64,000 bases of DNA from an uncultured Chitinophagaceae bacterium (GCA_963720405.1 CAVRFP010000011.1:20139-84138); one strand, 5' to 3'. Positions 1 to 10,589 are shown, numbered from the stretch's first letter. Notes: generated by a model from the letters alone, not told the origin. Translations and numbers: made by a program.

Positions 1-408
1 ATTACCCTGGTAGGTGTAGTCGTCTGCAATGTTTGACATTGCATTGGCCATTGTGATTTGATCCCCTACTTCTTCTGCAATTTTTAGCGATGCTAAATGA
101 AGCTCCAGGGCCTTGGGATAGTTACCCGTAGTATTAAACGCATTGGCCATTCTGTTCATGCTTATTGCCTCCCCTTTTTTAAATCCGATTTTTTTTGAAA
201 TAGAAAAACACTGTTGAGCAAGCGCCAGTGCAGAATCGGGCATATGAGTTACATACAATTGCGAAATCATGTTGAGTAACAGCACCCGGCTGGTGTCACG
301 TTTTTCATTCTTCAGCAATTGATTGAGGCTGTCGATAGCTTTATTTTGTGCGGTAACATTTGCCTGAACAAAATAAATTGCCAGCAGAAGCAGAATAGTT
401 TTTTTCAT
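1..408 (-). CDS. TPR-repeat sensor protein (likely histidine kinase), 5' part; runs off the window
   Basis: Manual translation from ATG at 408: MKKTILLLLAIYFVQANVTAQNKAIDSLNQLLKNEKRDTSRV...GNYPKALELHLASLKIAEE. Signal peptide plus TPR motifs, open to position 1; absent from the ORF track. Confidence 0.75.
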   Translation of the reverse strand, partial: MKKTILLLLAIYFVQANVTAQNKAIDSLNQLLKNEKRDTSRVLLLNMISQLYVTHMPDSALALAQQCFSISKKIGFKKGEAISMNRMANAFNTTGNYPKALELHLASLKIAEEVGDQITMANAMSNIADDYTYQGN

Positions 409-611
409 CTGATAAAATGAGGCTTAAAAAATTGTTGTAATATAAACGCATTTAGCCATATTAGGTTGATTTTATCAGGCTGTAGCACAACTGCGCTAAA
501 ACATTCTTTTGCAACTTCAGGGACTATAACATTTTAAATCCTGTAAATTTTTATCATTCTGCAAATCCTGATTCAGACAATTATTTTATCCGGTTTTCTG
601 TGGCCTCATTA

Positions 612-664
612 TCAAACAAGTTAAAATGTAGAAAAACTACTTTTTGGGTTGTCTCGCACTCTAA
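612..664 (+). repeat. Dispersed motif A (AAACAAGTTAAAATGTAGAAAAACTACTTTTTGG), partial copy
   Basis: Near-identical to sequence at ~4138, ~6944 and ~12274; weaker copies at 9931, ~40301 and 47057 (reverse). Confidence 0.85.
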
Positions 665-794
665 AAATAACCGGAAAGAAATCTATATCTTTTAGAATTA
701 TCTTTGGAACGCATCAACGAAAAAACTAACCGGCACTCGTTCTAAAGTTCAATGATGTAAACGATTCGCTAAACTGTTCTAAAATTTTCGGCTT

Positions 795-1649
795 ATGAAA
801 AAAATGAAATACTCCTTCCCTCTCCTCCTATTTATACTATTCGTTATCGGATGTTCCAAAATTGAAAAAAAGATTGAAATCACTGACCAGACTTATATCA
901 TAAGGGCTTCCAATGGGAGTGTCTACGATATACCGCTCACCATTAAAACTTCCCTCGATAAGGAGAAAACCTTTACCATTCAAAAACTCGATACAAAAGA
1001 CATCTATGTTCATGCATCAGCCGGAGAATATGTAAAGTTTACGGTAACAAAAGAATCCTGCGAATACAGGATATTAGATTCCCGGGAAACGACCATTGCA
1101 CTTTATGGAAGCTTACCATCCTCCAGCGGTAATACGGTAGAATTGGATTTTATTGCATTTGCACCCACAGACAAGGAAAAGAATATTATCACATACAAAA
1201 CCGGTGTGGCTAAAGCAATCGGCGAGAACCTGGTGGGCCGCCCTTACCTGCTTCATGAAAGATTTTACCTGGAGAATGGAACAAAGACCGACAACTCCGC
1301 AGTACAAGCTTCCTGCACCTTCGGTGATGAATACGTTTTTGTTCCACAGCAAGGGGAATTCGGAAACTTCAATCCGGAACGCTTGATTTTTTCTACTCAC
1401 ATTGACAAAAACAAATCTTCCTGCGCCTATAATGCCGGACTAATTGTCCCAAATGACATATCAGTAATCGTCAATGGGAGTGATAATATATCTTTTCCAA
1501 TATGGGATCGGTTAGCTGTCGACGGTCCTCCTTCCAATATGATATTTAGGACACTTGTTATTGATTCCATTAATAGCGTTGGCGTTTTAACCTTGCACAG
1601 GGAAGTCAGCAGCGGAAAAAAAGAGGTATTTGTTTATAAGCCAAAGTAA
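795..1649 (+). CDS. Hypothetical lipoprotein
   Basis: 284-aa ORF with N-terminal hydrophobic stretch and lipobox VIG-C. Confidence 0.7.
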   Translation: MKKMKYSFPLLLFILFVIGCSKIEKKIEITDQTYIIRASNGSVYDIPLTIKTSLDKEKTFTIQKLDTKDIYVHASAGEYVKFTVTKESCEYRILDSRETTIALYGSLPSSSGNTVELDFIAFAPTDKEKNIITYKTGVAKAIGENLVGRPYLLHERFYLENGTKTDNSAVQASCTFGDEYVFVPQQGEFGNFNPERLIFSTHIDKNKSSCAYNAGLIVPNDISVIVNGSDNISFPIWDRLAVDGPPSNMIFRTLVIDSINSVGVLTLHREVSSGKKEVFVYKPK

Positions 1650-1833
1650 TGAAATGTTCTGCCCATGCGAATATTCCCCCGATGGCGCAAGCATCCGCTT
1701 ATTTGTTCATTTTATTTCATTTGTAGATGAGGGATTTCTTTTTGCTGTATCTTAGTCTCGTAGTGCCTATTCTGAGCGACAACAATAGCTTATTGTGCTC
1801 CCAATGTGCAAAAGATACTAACGATAACTAACT

Positions 1834-2247
1834 ATGGAAGATTCTCTGATCGAGTATGAAAACGAGCCACTTTCAAAACCACGGAATGTGAGGCTCGCGA
1901 TAATTTTATTTGCTTCAGTAATTTCTGTTGCTACCCTTAGCCTTTTCTCAAACCTTATCTTTTCAGATTTTTCTTCTTTTAAAGAAAAAACTCCCAATTA
2001 TCTCGTAAGTGTCGCCATTTTTGTATTCCTTGCGTTTAACATCAATGCCCGCAGAAATTGGGCCCGCATTCTTTATATCTTATTGATCATAATAGGTATG
2101 ATTACTGTGCCGTCACGAATAATAGGCTTGATGAGTGTAAGTAAACTATCAACTTTAGTTTTTTCTATTCGAAATTTACTGGAAGTTGCCGCAGCGGTGG
2201 TCTTATTTACAAAGTCAAGTAATAAGTGGTTCAAGGCAAGAACATAA
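1834..2247 (+). CDS. Hypothetical 4-TM membrane protein
   Basis: Four hydrophobic segments, RNWARI motif, C-terminal LFTKSSNKWF. Confidence 0.7.
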   Translation: MEDSLIEYENEPLSKPRNVRLAIILFASVISVATLSLFSNLIFSDFSSFKEKTPNYLVSVAIFVFLAFNINARRNWARILYILLIIIGMITVPSRIIGLMSVSKLSTLVFSIRNLLEVAAAVVLFTKSSNKWFKART

Positions 2248-2308
2248 AGTCCTCTTGTTGGTGCAAGCATCCCGAATGTGCTATAGTTATTCGGAGCTGA
2301 AAAAAATC

Positions 2309-2538
2309 TTTGCTATTCAGCACGCCCCGTCTGGTCTCCGACCAACGGGAGTTGGTACGCCTTCAATTGCCTGAAGAATGTGTTAGCATTCCAAAATTGT
2401 CCGGTCCATTGAAATAAAATCTTACAGATGAATAATAATAATCTTCTGGCTTGTCACATAATCCTGTAGCCGTATTTTCTGCGAGCCACTAGCGGTCTAT
2501 GGCTTCGGAAGATAAACAAGCAACACTGCGGCGGCTAA
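2309..2538 (+). repeat. Composite intergenic repeat, copy 1 (internally deleted)
   Basis: Aligns by eye with 3772-4031 but lacks the second REP arm (ccgttggtcaggagaccagacgg). Confidence 0.9.
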
Positions 2539-2722
2539 GTTCGGTTGCGATAACTAAGCCGGAATACAGCAGACGAATAAATAAAGGCTTTTCTATCTAT
2601 GTATGGCTTCGGCATTTTTGTTATTTCAATAGACGGGACACTACAGCTTTTTACCAGCGCCCTGGCTCGCGCTCCACGAACCAACTTTTACTTTTATAAT
2701 AAAAAACTTTCACCGGTTTTTC

Positions 2723-3496
2723 TTATCTTTTAGACGCCAAATCGTATATCCAGGCAACTGCAAATACAATTGTTGTACTGATAAATGACATCAAAATAAA
2801 GCTCAGCACCGTGCGAACCAATTTCTGAATTATAGATAGCCGGGTAAAAAATTGAGCATAACACCAAAACATCAAGATAAAAATTAAAGATTGAGAAAAG
2901 ATAGCGTAGCCTTGTAAACCTTCCCCGCCATTCAGCTTTAATACAAAGAGTACTGGTAGCAATATAAGAGAGGACACTAAAGTTAGCCCCACAAAGAAGG
3001 TATTAAGTACAAAGTGCTCTGCCCAGTTATATCCCTCTTTCTTATAAATAAAATATGTTGATAAAGTTGCACCTAAAATCAATATAACAGAAGCGTATGC
3101 GAAATGATCGGTGAACCAACGGACGACGTTTTCAAAAATACTGATTACATCTTCCTGTGAACTTTTATGATTAACGTCAAAAAGATTACCAATAAAGTAA
3201 TGGTAAAGAATCCCATAGAATGTTGCCAGCACCACTACAAATGACAGGGGCTTAAAATGACGAACTCTTTTTCCGTTAATGAACTCTCTGATAGTGTGTC
3301 CAGGTCTTGTCAGCAGTTGCTTAATGGTGTAAAAGATGCCATTGTCAAAATGGAAAAGACCATGTTGTAAATCGTGCCAGATATAATGGAGGCTCAATCT
3401 GTGCGTATTTGCAGCTTGCCCACAATGGTTACAAAAGTTACCGGCGAACTGCTGGTTGCAATTTTTACAATTTGTCGTATGATTACTGTTGGCCAT
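2723..3496 (-). CDS. DUF3667 domain membrane protein
   Basis: CKNC...GNFCNHCGQ zinc ribbon, RPG...GKRVRHFKP motif, multiple TM helices. Confidence 0.85.
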   Translation of the reverse strand: MANSNHTTNCKNCNQQFAGNFCNHCGQAANTHRLSLHYIWHDLQHGLFHFDNGIFYTIKQLLTRPGHTIREFINGKRVRHFKPLSFVVVLATFYGILYHYFIGNLFDVNHKSSQEDVISIFENVVRWFTDHFAYASVILILGATLSTYFIYKKEGYNWAEHFVLNTFFVGLTLVSSLILLPVLFVLKLNGGEGLQGYAIFSQSLIFILMFWCYAQFFTRLSIIQKLVRTVLSFILMSFISTTIVFAVAWIYDLASKR

Positions 3497-3584
3497 TTAT
3501 ATTTGTTTTCTCCCAGGCCGTGCTCTGCTCCCAGCCTTGGTGCACCAGCAGGCATGGCCTTTCAGCGTCATTGATCTGTAATCG

Positions 3585-3715
3585 GGTATTCACCGTCCTC
3601 TCCATTTAAATATATCCGGCAGAACTATTTTTATAGTCCACAGGATTTCCAACCAATTTCCACACGCCGCTGCAAGAATTATTGTGAATATAGTTCAGTT
3701 TCTCTACACAAATGC
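3585..3715 (-). pseudogene. REP-associated tyrosine transposase (RAYT) C-terminal remnant 1
   Basis: Minus-strand translation EKLNYIHNNSCSGVWKLVGNPVDYKNSSAGY resembles the RAYT YIHxNP...YxxSSA C-terminus. An imperfect hairpin lies next to it at 3515-3560. Confidence 0.65.
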
Positions 3716-3771
3716 TCAGTTGTTATCGGTTTTGCGCCCCCCGTTGGGGGTCTTTTTCGAATTTAAAACAT

Positions 3772-4261
3772 TTTGCTATTCAGCACGCCCCCGTCTGGTC
3801 TCCGACCAACGGGAGTTGGTACGCCCTTCAGTTGCCTGCAAAATGTGTTAGCATTCCAAAATTGTCCAGTCCATCGAAATAAGATCTTACAGATGAATAA
3901 TAATAATCTTCTGGCTTGTCACCTAATCCTGTAGCCGTATTTTCTGCCGTTGGTCAGGAGACCAGACGGCGGCGACCCACTAGCGGACTAATGGCTTCGG
4001 AAGATAAACAAGCAACACCCGCGGCGGCTAAAACCTCGCGCCCTACGGGGATGTAAAGCTTTTCATATCCCGAAATATATCCTCCAATTTATTTTTTTAT
4101 ACCTGCTATCACAATCAAGAGCCAGTTAGGGCTGTTCAAACAAGTTAAAATGTAGAAAAACTACTTTTTGGGTTATCTCAGGGTGTAAATATTCTTATTT
4201 GCCCGTAGTTAAAAACATACGGACAACAGAGCTTTTTTTATTTGGATATTCTACGGATAGC
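3772..4261 (+). repeat. Composite intergenic repeat, copy 2 (REPIN plus motif A element)
   Basis: Inverted REP pair ccgtctggtctccgaccaacgg / ccgttggtcaggagaccagacgg, then blocks shared with 6643-7076 and 12274-12399. Confidence 0.9.
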
Positions 4262-4289
4262 GAGAGGCTTTTAATGGCTGGCGTTATTG

Positions 4290-5255
4290 TCATTCTACTA
4301 CTTTTATTACAACATTGCCTATTTTTTGACCCGTTTCAACGTATCTGTATGCCTCTACAATTTGGTCCAATTTATAGTATCTATCAATAACGGGTTTGTA
4401 TTCTCCTTTTTCAACCAGTTCTTTCAAGAAAATGACATCATCTTTATTTATTGTCGGGATTGGGAACAGGACTTTTTTACCTCCCCAAATGGGAGTGGTG
4501 AGTGCATAAAATATGTTCTCAGCATTCTTTCCTAATTCTGTTGAGATATAAATTCCTTTTTCAGTTAGCAGTGGCTTACATTGCCGAAATGAACTTTTGC
4601 CAACAGCGTCAAAAATGAAATGAAATTGGTTATCTGTCTTTGTGAAATCCTGTGTCTGATAATCGATAACCGTGTCTGCACCAAGGGATCTTACAAGATC
4701 GAGATTTTTTGTATTACAAACAGCCGTTACTTTTGCTCCCCGGTGTTTTAAGAGTTGAACAGCGGCAGAACCAATTGCACCTGTTGCTCCGTAAACCAGA
4801 ACATGTTGTCCACTTTTTATTTTTGATGCTCTAATATTATTTAATGCATAATGGGCACCTTCTGTAATTGGTACGGCTTCATAAAAGTTTAAGTTATTGG
4901 GTAAAGTCGTAATGGCATTATTTTCGGCAATGGTTAAATATTCTGCATGTCCTCCACAGGTTTTATCATTGTAGCCAAAAATTTCATCTCCCTTTTTGAA
5001 AGTTTTCACGTCCTTGCCAATTTCTTCAATTATGCCAGCAAATTCGCAGCCTAATATGGGAAACTTTGGACGTATAAGGCCACTCCAAAATCGTGAAATA
5101 AAATAGGCAGCACTACGAAAACCCGAGTCTGTCCGGTTTACTGTAGATGCACAAACCTTAATTAATACTTCGTTCTCTTTTGGGATAGGTTTGGAAACCT
5201 CCATTAATCGGGCAACTTCCGGAGGTCCATATTTTGTGTATATAATTGCTTTCAT
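4290..5255 (-). CDS. NAD(P)-dependent MDR-family oxidoreductase (Zn-independent, quinone-oxidoreductase-like)
   Basis: MKAIIYTKYGPPEV start, GATGAIG nucleotide-binding motif, GCEFAG in place of GHE, no structural-Zn Cys cluster. Confidence 0.9.
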   Translation of the reverse strand: MKAIIYTKYGPPEVARLMEVSKPIPKENEVLIKVCASTVNRTDSGFRSAAYFISRFWSGLIRPKFPILGCEFAGIIEEIGKDVKTFKKGDEIFGYNDKTCGGHAEYLTIAENNAITTLPNNLNFYEAVPITEGAHYALNNIRASKIKSGQHVLVYGATGAIGSAAVQLLKHRGAKVTAVCNTKNLDLVRSLGADTVIDYQTQDFTKTDNQFHFIFDAVGKSSFRQCKPLLTEKGIYISTELGKNAENIFYALTTPIWGGKKVLFPIPTINKDDVIFLKELVEKGEYKPVIDRYYKLDQIVEAYRYVETGQKIGNVVIKVVE

Positions 5256-5371
5256 TTTCGTTTTGATAGCGGTTCGTTGTTTTTCTTCAGTATGTAATTC
5301 TGCTTTATTCCTCGCCAGGGCACGCGTGTGTGTGCCATTTTCATTAAACTTCTACTTACAAACAGTCTATT

Positions 5372-5554
5372 TCAATCAATCCTTTCCCCCTGCAGTTCAA
5401 TAGCACTTGAATATTTCCAATGAAATGTTTCTTTAACCAAACCGGCTTCTAAAGGATTGTTGTGAATATATTCTGCTTTTTGCTCAATAACCCCAGCGCT
5501 CCTCAATTCTACTGGCCGATTATTATGCTGCCATACCGAGATTGTTTTTTGCAA
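5372..5554 (-). pseudogene. RAYT transposase C-terminal remnant 2
   Basis: WQHNNRP...EYIHNNPLEAGLV...WKYSSA is the typical RAYT/Y1 C-terminus; the HUH N-terminal half is missing. Confidence 0.75.
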
Positions 5555-5630
5555 AACTTTAAGCTTTCAACAAGTATGTCACAATAAACAGGACGAACAA
5601 AAACATCTACCCGGTTTACAGGGGCAAAGC

Positions 5631-6341
5631 TTACAAAATAAAGTCCTTCTTGTCAATTGTTGATATATTATTTCTTACACCTTTAATAAGAAGCCATAAC
5701 ATCAGGGATATTTCTCCAGGACCTGCCAACGCCAGGTTGTAGGGATAGATGTAGTGTACAAGAGGCTGCCACAAAAGAGTAAGATAACCAAGACCGGCAA
5801 GCATTTGTAGTATGCCAATGATTCTTGGGATAAATGCCGATTTAAAAATCAGGTATCCAATCACGATACACCATAGTCCGAAGAATACTAACCCGAGGTC
5901 GTAGGCTTGCACATTTAATTTGATTAGAATTAGAGATAGAGCCTGCAATTGTTCATGGCTAAATGCATCAAAGTAGTTCTTTCCTTTCAAGATGAGTAAC
6001 GGTGAGATGTAAAAAAAACTGCTAAGCGTCCACATTGCACATGCCATTAACATAGTGAACACTGCAAATAATGAAACAGTCCTGCTCAACTTTTTAAAAA
6101 GATGATAAAAGAGAACGGCCCAAAGGATATGTAGTGGAACAGCTACGAATGAAGAAACAAATCCTAATCTAAATAGCGATTCTTGTGAGAGAATGTTGGC
6201 GGATGTTTCTGTTGCGTTTGTGGGATTGATGAGCTTTCCCCAAATAATCATTTGACCATACACGGAAGTCAAGCTTCCCAGCAAATAACAGAAGCCAGCC
6301 ATTCTTGCTGTCGTTTTGAGTGAGTACTCTTTATTTTCCAT
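5631..6341 (-). CDS. DUF4386 domain membrane protein
   Basis: ARMAGFCYL, FFGLWCIVIGYLIFKSAFIPRIIG and GEISLMLWLLIKG motifs. Confidence 0.85.
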   Translation of the reverse strand: MENKEYSLKTTARMAGFCYLLGSLTSVYGQMIIWGKLINPTNATETSANILSQESLFRLGFVSSFVAVPLHILWAVLFYHLFKKLSRTVSLFAVFTMLMACAMWTLSSFFYISPLLILKGKNYFDAFSHEQLQALSLILIKLNVQAYDLGLVFFGLWCIVIGYLIFKSAFIPRIIGILQMLAGLGYLTLLWQPLVHYIYPYNLALAGPGEISLMLWLLIKGVRNNISTIDKKDFIL

Positions 6342-6392
6342 TTTTCAGTTGTTAATTTCTTGCACAATGTTTCAAGTTGTTGTGCCGCAAAC

Positions 6393-6533
6393 AATGACGC
6401 ATACCGTTCGGGTATTGGCGATGGCAGGGAATTCAATGAACTTTTAGCCGGAACCGTCAGCCGATTAAAGAACTAAAAGTACAGAAGATGTTCAAATGCT
6501 CATCAAAGATTTTTCTGCCCGGACTAATGCCCA
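6393..6533 (-). repeat. Decayed attC-like cassette-junction sequence
   Basis: Minus strand ends cctgccatcgccaatacccgaacGGTATGCGTCA (degenerate GTTRRRY-like core) about 50 bp before the DUF4386 start. The partner arm is absent. Confidence 0.4.
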
Positions 6534-6641
6534 GTTATTGTCATTCTACTACTTTTATTACAACATTGCCTGTTTTTTGACCCGTTTCAACGTATATGTA
6601 TGCCTCTACAATTTGGTCCAATTTATAGTATCTATCAATAA
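6534..6641 (-). pseudogene. Duplicated 3' end of the MDR oxidoreductase gene
   Basis: 108 bp matching 4283-4390 with 2 substitutions, including the stop codon. Confidence 0.9.
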
Positions 6642-6642
6642 G

Positions 6643-7076
6643 GACCAGACGGCGGCGACCCACTGGCGGACTAATGGCTTCGGAAGATAAGAAGGAACAC
6701 CCCGGCGGCTAAAAATGAATTGTATTATGGAATGGGCTATTTTGATATAACAGACTATTATTACCAGCAGCCGCAATTTTGGAGATACAAATATTGAACT
6801 TATTTCTACCTTCTCTTGGCGCAAGGTTGGGAACTACAACCTCGCGCCGTAGGGGGATGTAAAGCTTTTCATATCCCGAAATATATCCTCCAATTTATTT
6901 TTTACTACCGGCTATCACAATCAAGAGCCAGCCAGGGCAGTTCAAACAAGTTAAAATGTAGAAAAACTACTTTTTGGGTTATCTCACAATCTAAGCATTC
7001 TTACTTGTCCGTAGTTAAAAACATACGGACAGCTGAGTTTTTTTGTTTGGATATTCTACGATAGCTAGGGAAACAC
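6643..7076 (+). repeat. Composite intergenic repeat, copy 3
   Basis: Matches 3960-4261 with an extra ~124 bp that completes the palindrome GGCGCAAGGTTG-ggaacta-CAACCTCGCGCC. Confidence 0.9.
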
Positions 7077-7138
7077 TTCACATTTTCAATTTTCAATTTT
7101 GTAACACTTCCCATTTTCAACTTTCAATTTTCTTTCAA

Positions 7139-7417
7139 TTAATCACCTATAACTATATTATGCACCTCTTGTATATCAGGTTGGCCAGGGTCCACATCTA
7201 ATGATTGCATAATAGGCACCAGCGTTTGACCGAAGGCCTGAAAATTTTCCATGCTATCCCATACATCCGTTATGTCAACGCCATTCGGATCGCCATAACA
7301 TACGTGATAGCTTCTTCCTTTAGGGCTTCCTGCCCCTGCGGCAATAAGTTGTTTAATTGTTTCATCATACTTAGCGGCAGTAAAACCAGCTGGTTTGAAT
7401 TTTAAAACAAATGACAT
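7139..7417 (-). CDS. Small hypothetical protein (possible alpha+beta barrel)
   Basis: 92-aa ORF after an A-rich leader; HVCYG...DVWDSMENFQAFG pattern. Confidence 0.7.
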   Translation of the reverse strand: MSFVLKFKPAGFTAAKYDETIKQLIAAGAGSPKGRSYHVCYGDPNGVDITDVWDSMENFQAFGQTLVPIMQSLDVDPGQPDIQEVHNIVIGD

Positions 7418-7617
7418 GGTAATTAATTTATGTGTTAAAAAATAAAGGCCAACCTTTTAAAATCAATATTCAGGCTTTTCTTTTGCTTCAGTGTTTCACT
7501 TTTGCATGCATTGATCTTTCCTATTATTTCCTAAACCTTGGTTCGTGCCTGCACGAATCAATTCTTAAAATCTGTAAAAGTTTACAAAACCATTTTATTG
7601 CCCTATAAAGTTAATCC

Positions 7618-7785
7618 GTTGTTGGTGTTCGTGCCGATGGTTTGAAGCAGAGCTGTCACCAACACAAGTATCCATTGCGAATGGTTTCTTGTTAACTACC
7701 TGTTTAAGTTCAGCCACAAGGATTTCGTTTCATTCGTTTTGTTGGTGAGGCAGCCGCACTTTTCCTTGATCAACACCAACAAAGG
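7618..7785. repeat. REPIN-like pair of GTTGGTG...CACCAAC hairpins
   Basis: Two stem-loops at ~7620-7667 and ~7740-7782; related fragments at ~30431 and ~43633. Confidence 0.6.
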
Positions 7786-7818
7786 CCTAAGGCCACCTGT
7801 CCCTACCACAATGCCCTA

Positions 7819-8577
7819 TCACATTGGCGAACTGAGATCCTGCCGGTGTTTTATTACCATTGATTCAAATGATTTTTGTGTATCATTAAATTTCTTCATC
7901 CATGCTTTAAAATCTTCTTTTGGAAATGCGACTTTAAACATTTTTGACCAGTCGTCGTTAGGGTTCGGTTCAAAGGAAGCCCAACCTTTTGGAAGCGGAA
8001 ACACCACCGATACCTGGGTTCCTTTTCCGAACGCACTGGTTTCAATAGCATAGTAATTTTTGGAATTACTCTTCTTATACATTTCTTTAATCTTCTTAAT
8101 GCCTGCAAAAAAATCGTCTTCCATGCCGGGGTTGATGTCAATTAAATACAGGCCCACCAGGTCAGTGCGCATTTCTGCAGGACCAGGAGGTAAATAACTG
8201 TCATCGCTCGCTTCATAAAAAAAACGTTTGCCTGCTCCCGATAAGTGTTTGGCTACATTTTGATTCCAATCATCGGAATGGCTTTTTTCATTGGTAGCAT
8301 TAAAGGCAGTTTCAACATCGGCCCAGGATGCCGGATTGCGATAAACAAAGTGATACTCGCCTGTGTGGTCGCCCGTGAGCACTTCAAAAATATCTACCTG
8401 TCCCTGGTCTTTATGAAATTTGTTGTTGTGTTGTGCCAATGCCTGCTCAAAGCCTTCCCTGTCGCCTGGCAGTGGATGGAGAACCAATACGGTTGTTTTA
8501 TTTTGCTTTGGCGCAGCCTTTTGACCCATAAGCAGTATTGGCGCAAAGAGTGCCACAATCAATAATAGTTTTTTCAT
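7819..8577 (-). CDS. Secreted hypothetical protein, two-domain repeat
   Basis: Signal peptide MKKLLLIVALFAPILLMGQ; two similar halves (PGDREGF / PGMEDDF). Confidence 0.75.
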   Translation of the reverse strand: MKKLLLIVALFAPILLMGQKAAPKQNKTTVLVLHPLPGDREGFEQALAQHNNKFHKDQGQVDIFEVLTGDHTGEYHFVYRNPASWADVETAFNATNEKSHSDDWNQNVAKHLSGAGKRFFYEASDDSYLPPGPAEMRTDLVGLYLIDINPGMEDDFFAGIKKIKEMYKKSNSKNYYAIETSAFGKGTQVSVVFPLPKGWASFEPNPNDDWSKMFKVAFPKEDFKAWMKKFNDTQKSFESMVIKHRQDLSSPM

Positions 8578-8681
8578 TGTTTTTAATTTATTGTTTTAAA
8601 AAAATAATTGTTGGTATTGATTCTTAAGAAAATACTTTTATTTTAACGGTAATGTATAGACGAACCAATTTGAGTTATAAA

Positions 8682-9161
8682 TTACTGCATTGCTGTTTTT
8701 GAAAAATCCCCGAAAATGTATTCTCTCGAGATTTTGCCATCTGAATTAAATTCATCAAACATTACCATTGGAACTTTAACCACGTCTCCTGTTTTCTTTG
8801 ATTTTCCCGACCATGTCCACCATGATTGTACAATCATAGTATTATCTTTTTTGTAGTGGAGGAAATCAGGATAACCAAATTGAACCTGCTTGATTTCGTC
8901 AAATTTGTCAAAATCGCTCTTCCACATTTTTACAGCGTCTGCAAGTGGAATAAAATCAGCCATGCCGGATACCCACCACTTGGCAGTATCAGCATAATAC
9001 TTTTGAACTGTCGTAAAATTATTTGCGACGTAATCTTTGTTGGCATTATTTACCACCTCAATGTAGGGATGCTTTATGTAAATAGTGCCGTTCTCTTCCT
9101 CCTGGCAAAAAGCGGTTATTCCTGACAGAATTAAAACCGCTGTAATAAAAATCTTTTTCAT
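8682..9161 (-). CDS. Secreted NTF2/SnoaL-like protein
   Basis: Signal peptide; VQSWWTWSGKSKKTG...FNSDGKISRE NTF2-like strands. Confidence 0.75.
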   Translation of the reverse strand: MKKIFITAVLILSGITAFCQEEENGTIYIKHPYIEVVNNANKDYVANNFTTVQKYYADTAKWWVSGMADFIPLADAVKMWKSDFDKFDEIKQVQFGYPDFLHYKKDNTMIVQSWWTWSGKSKKTGDVVKVPMVMFDEFNSDGKISREYIFGDFSKTAMQ

Positions 9162-9859
9162 TTTTTTAGTTTTTATTTTTAGTACTTATTTACTTTTTTA
9201 CTACGCCTAAACAAGAGATTACATTCCGTGACCTCCTCTTTATTAGGTGAGATCGTTTGGGTCTGCTATTTTCCCGGTGCCATATATAATTGCACCACGG
9301 CTTCAATGGAGATGGATGATAATCGAAAATTTAAGCGAACCCATTTTATTCTTAGAGGCCATTTCAGAAATACTCCGAAAAAAATGCCTGTGCGAAAACA
9401 AACCCATTTTTCAAAGTGATTTTCAAGCTTCACTTTATTATCAGGAATAGATCCTTTCAACTTTAAATTGAGGTAAGATTAAACATCAGAAACTGACTTT
9501 AATTTTTTGTTGCGAAAACACCACCTTTTATCCTGGCTATTTTCTGAAATTCGGGTAAGGTTGCAGGTATTGTATTTACAGGAATTGGAATGGTTGCATC
9601 AATTAAACAATCGCTTACCATAATTCATTTTCCATAAAGGATAGGACTTAGAGGCAAAACACAAAGAAGTAAATCCGGGGAAGCTTTTATTGGATGTTCT
9701 GGGATATTGAGGATATAGTAAAAAGAAAAAAGTCAATTTTAAAATGACTAATCAAATATCTAACTTTTTAATTCATTTCAAATAAAAATATTTATTGCTC
9801 TGGGAACTTCCTGACCGGCGCAAGAGGATTACTTGGGATTTCTTTTATTTGTTAACATT

Positions 9860-9931
9860 AAGCGTCCGCTTGTGCTATTGTGGTTTCTAAAGAACTTTAG
9901 ATTTTCGTATGTACAGCCGATGCTCGCGCCA
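9860..9931 (+). repeat. REPIN family C copy (AAGCGTCCGCTTGTGC ... GCGCCA)
   Basis: Degenerate direct repeat of 10590-10674. Related half-sites at ~1684, ~2260, ~43664, ~54686 and ~56031. Confidence 0.7.
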
Positions 9932-10184
9932 AACAAGTTAAAATGTATATAATTCAGTTTCTGTTGGCGTCTCCAACAATTGTTTACTGTTACAATTCTT
10001 CCACATTCTCCCGACGAATTGTAAGTAAGTCTAAACCTTAAACCTCAATGCTCTCCAATCCGTTTAAATTCCAAATGTTTTCTTTTACCGCCAACAGGCC
10101 CAAGCCTTGGTTCGGCACGCCAAACCATTCCAAAAAAGATTAAATTGGGAAAGAATTCGGGTCGAACAGTTAAAATGATACAAT

Positions 10185-10562
10185 ATGAGAAGCTGTATTA
10201 TTTCAATTTGCATGGTGTTTGTTTTTATCAGTTGTAAGCACACCCGGATAATTCCTTATATTGAAAAGAAAGGCGATAATTATTGTGTTTATAAAATTAC
10301 CAGGATAGATAACACCGGTACCAACCAGGCCTTACAGGCAGGTGACTTCATATGCTTTTATTGCGACCAAAATTATAACTGTGCCTTATATGGTAGCCGG
10401 TGGGTGCATGTGTACCTTTCGGCTACTGGTAATCAAGCCCAGGGAACAAATCAAATTCTGCTTTTGACGGATACGCAAATCAGTTATTATATTGAGCCGG
10501 AGAATGCGACGGAATCCTGCGCAACCTGTCCGGGGGAAAATAAATTTGAAATTCTTAAGTAA
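10185..10562 (+). CDS. Cys-rich hypothetical lipoprotein
   Basis: Lipobox FIS-C; CFYC and CATC motifs. Confidence 0.65.
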   Translation: MRSCIISICMVFVFISCKHTRIIPYIEKKGDNYCVYKITRIDNTGTNQALQAGDFICFYCDQNYNCALYGSRWVHVYLSATGNQAQGTNQILLLTDTQISYYIEPENATESCATCPGENKFEILK

Positions 10563-10589
10563 CAAAAGGCCAATTAATTGCCTTTGTTA

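Noticed and set aside
6534-6641. DGR template/variable repeat pair with 4283-4390
   Set aside because: Only two differences, not an adenine-specific pattern, and no reverse transcriptase in the window.
9228-9460. Small ORFs upstream of the SnoaL-like gene, and the ORF at 30572-30796
   Set aside because: No recognisable motif or convincing start; cannot be supported.
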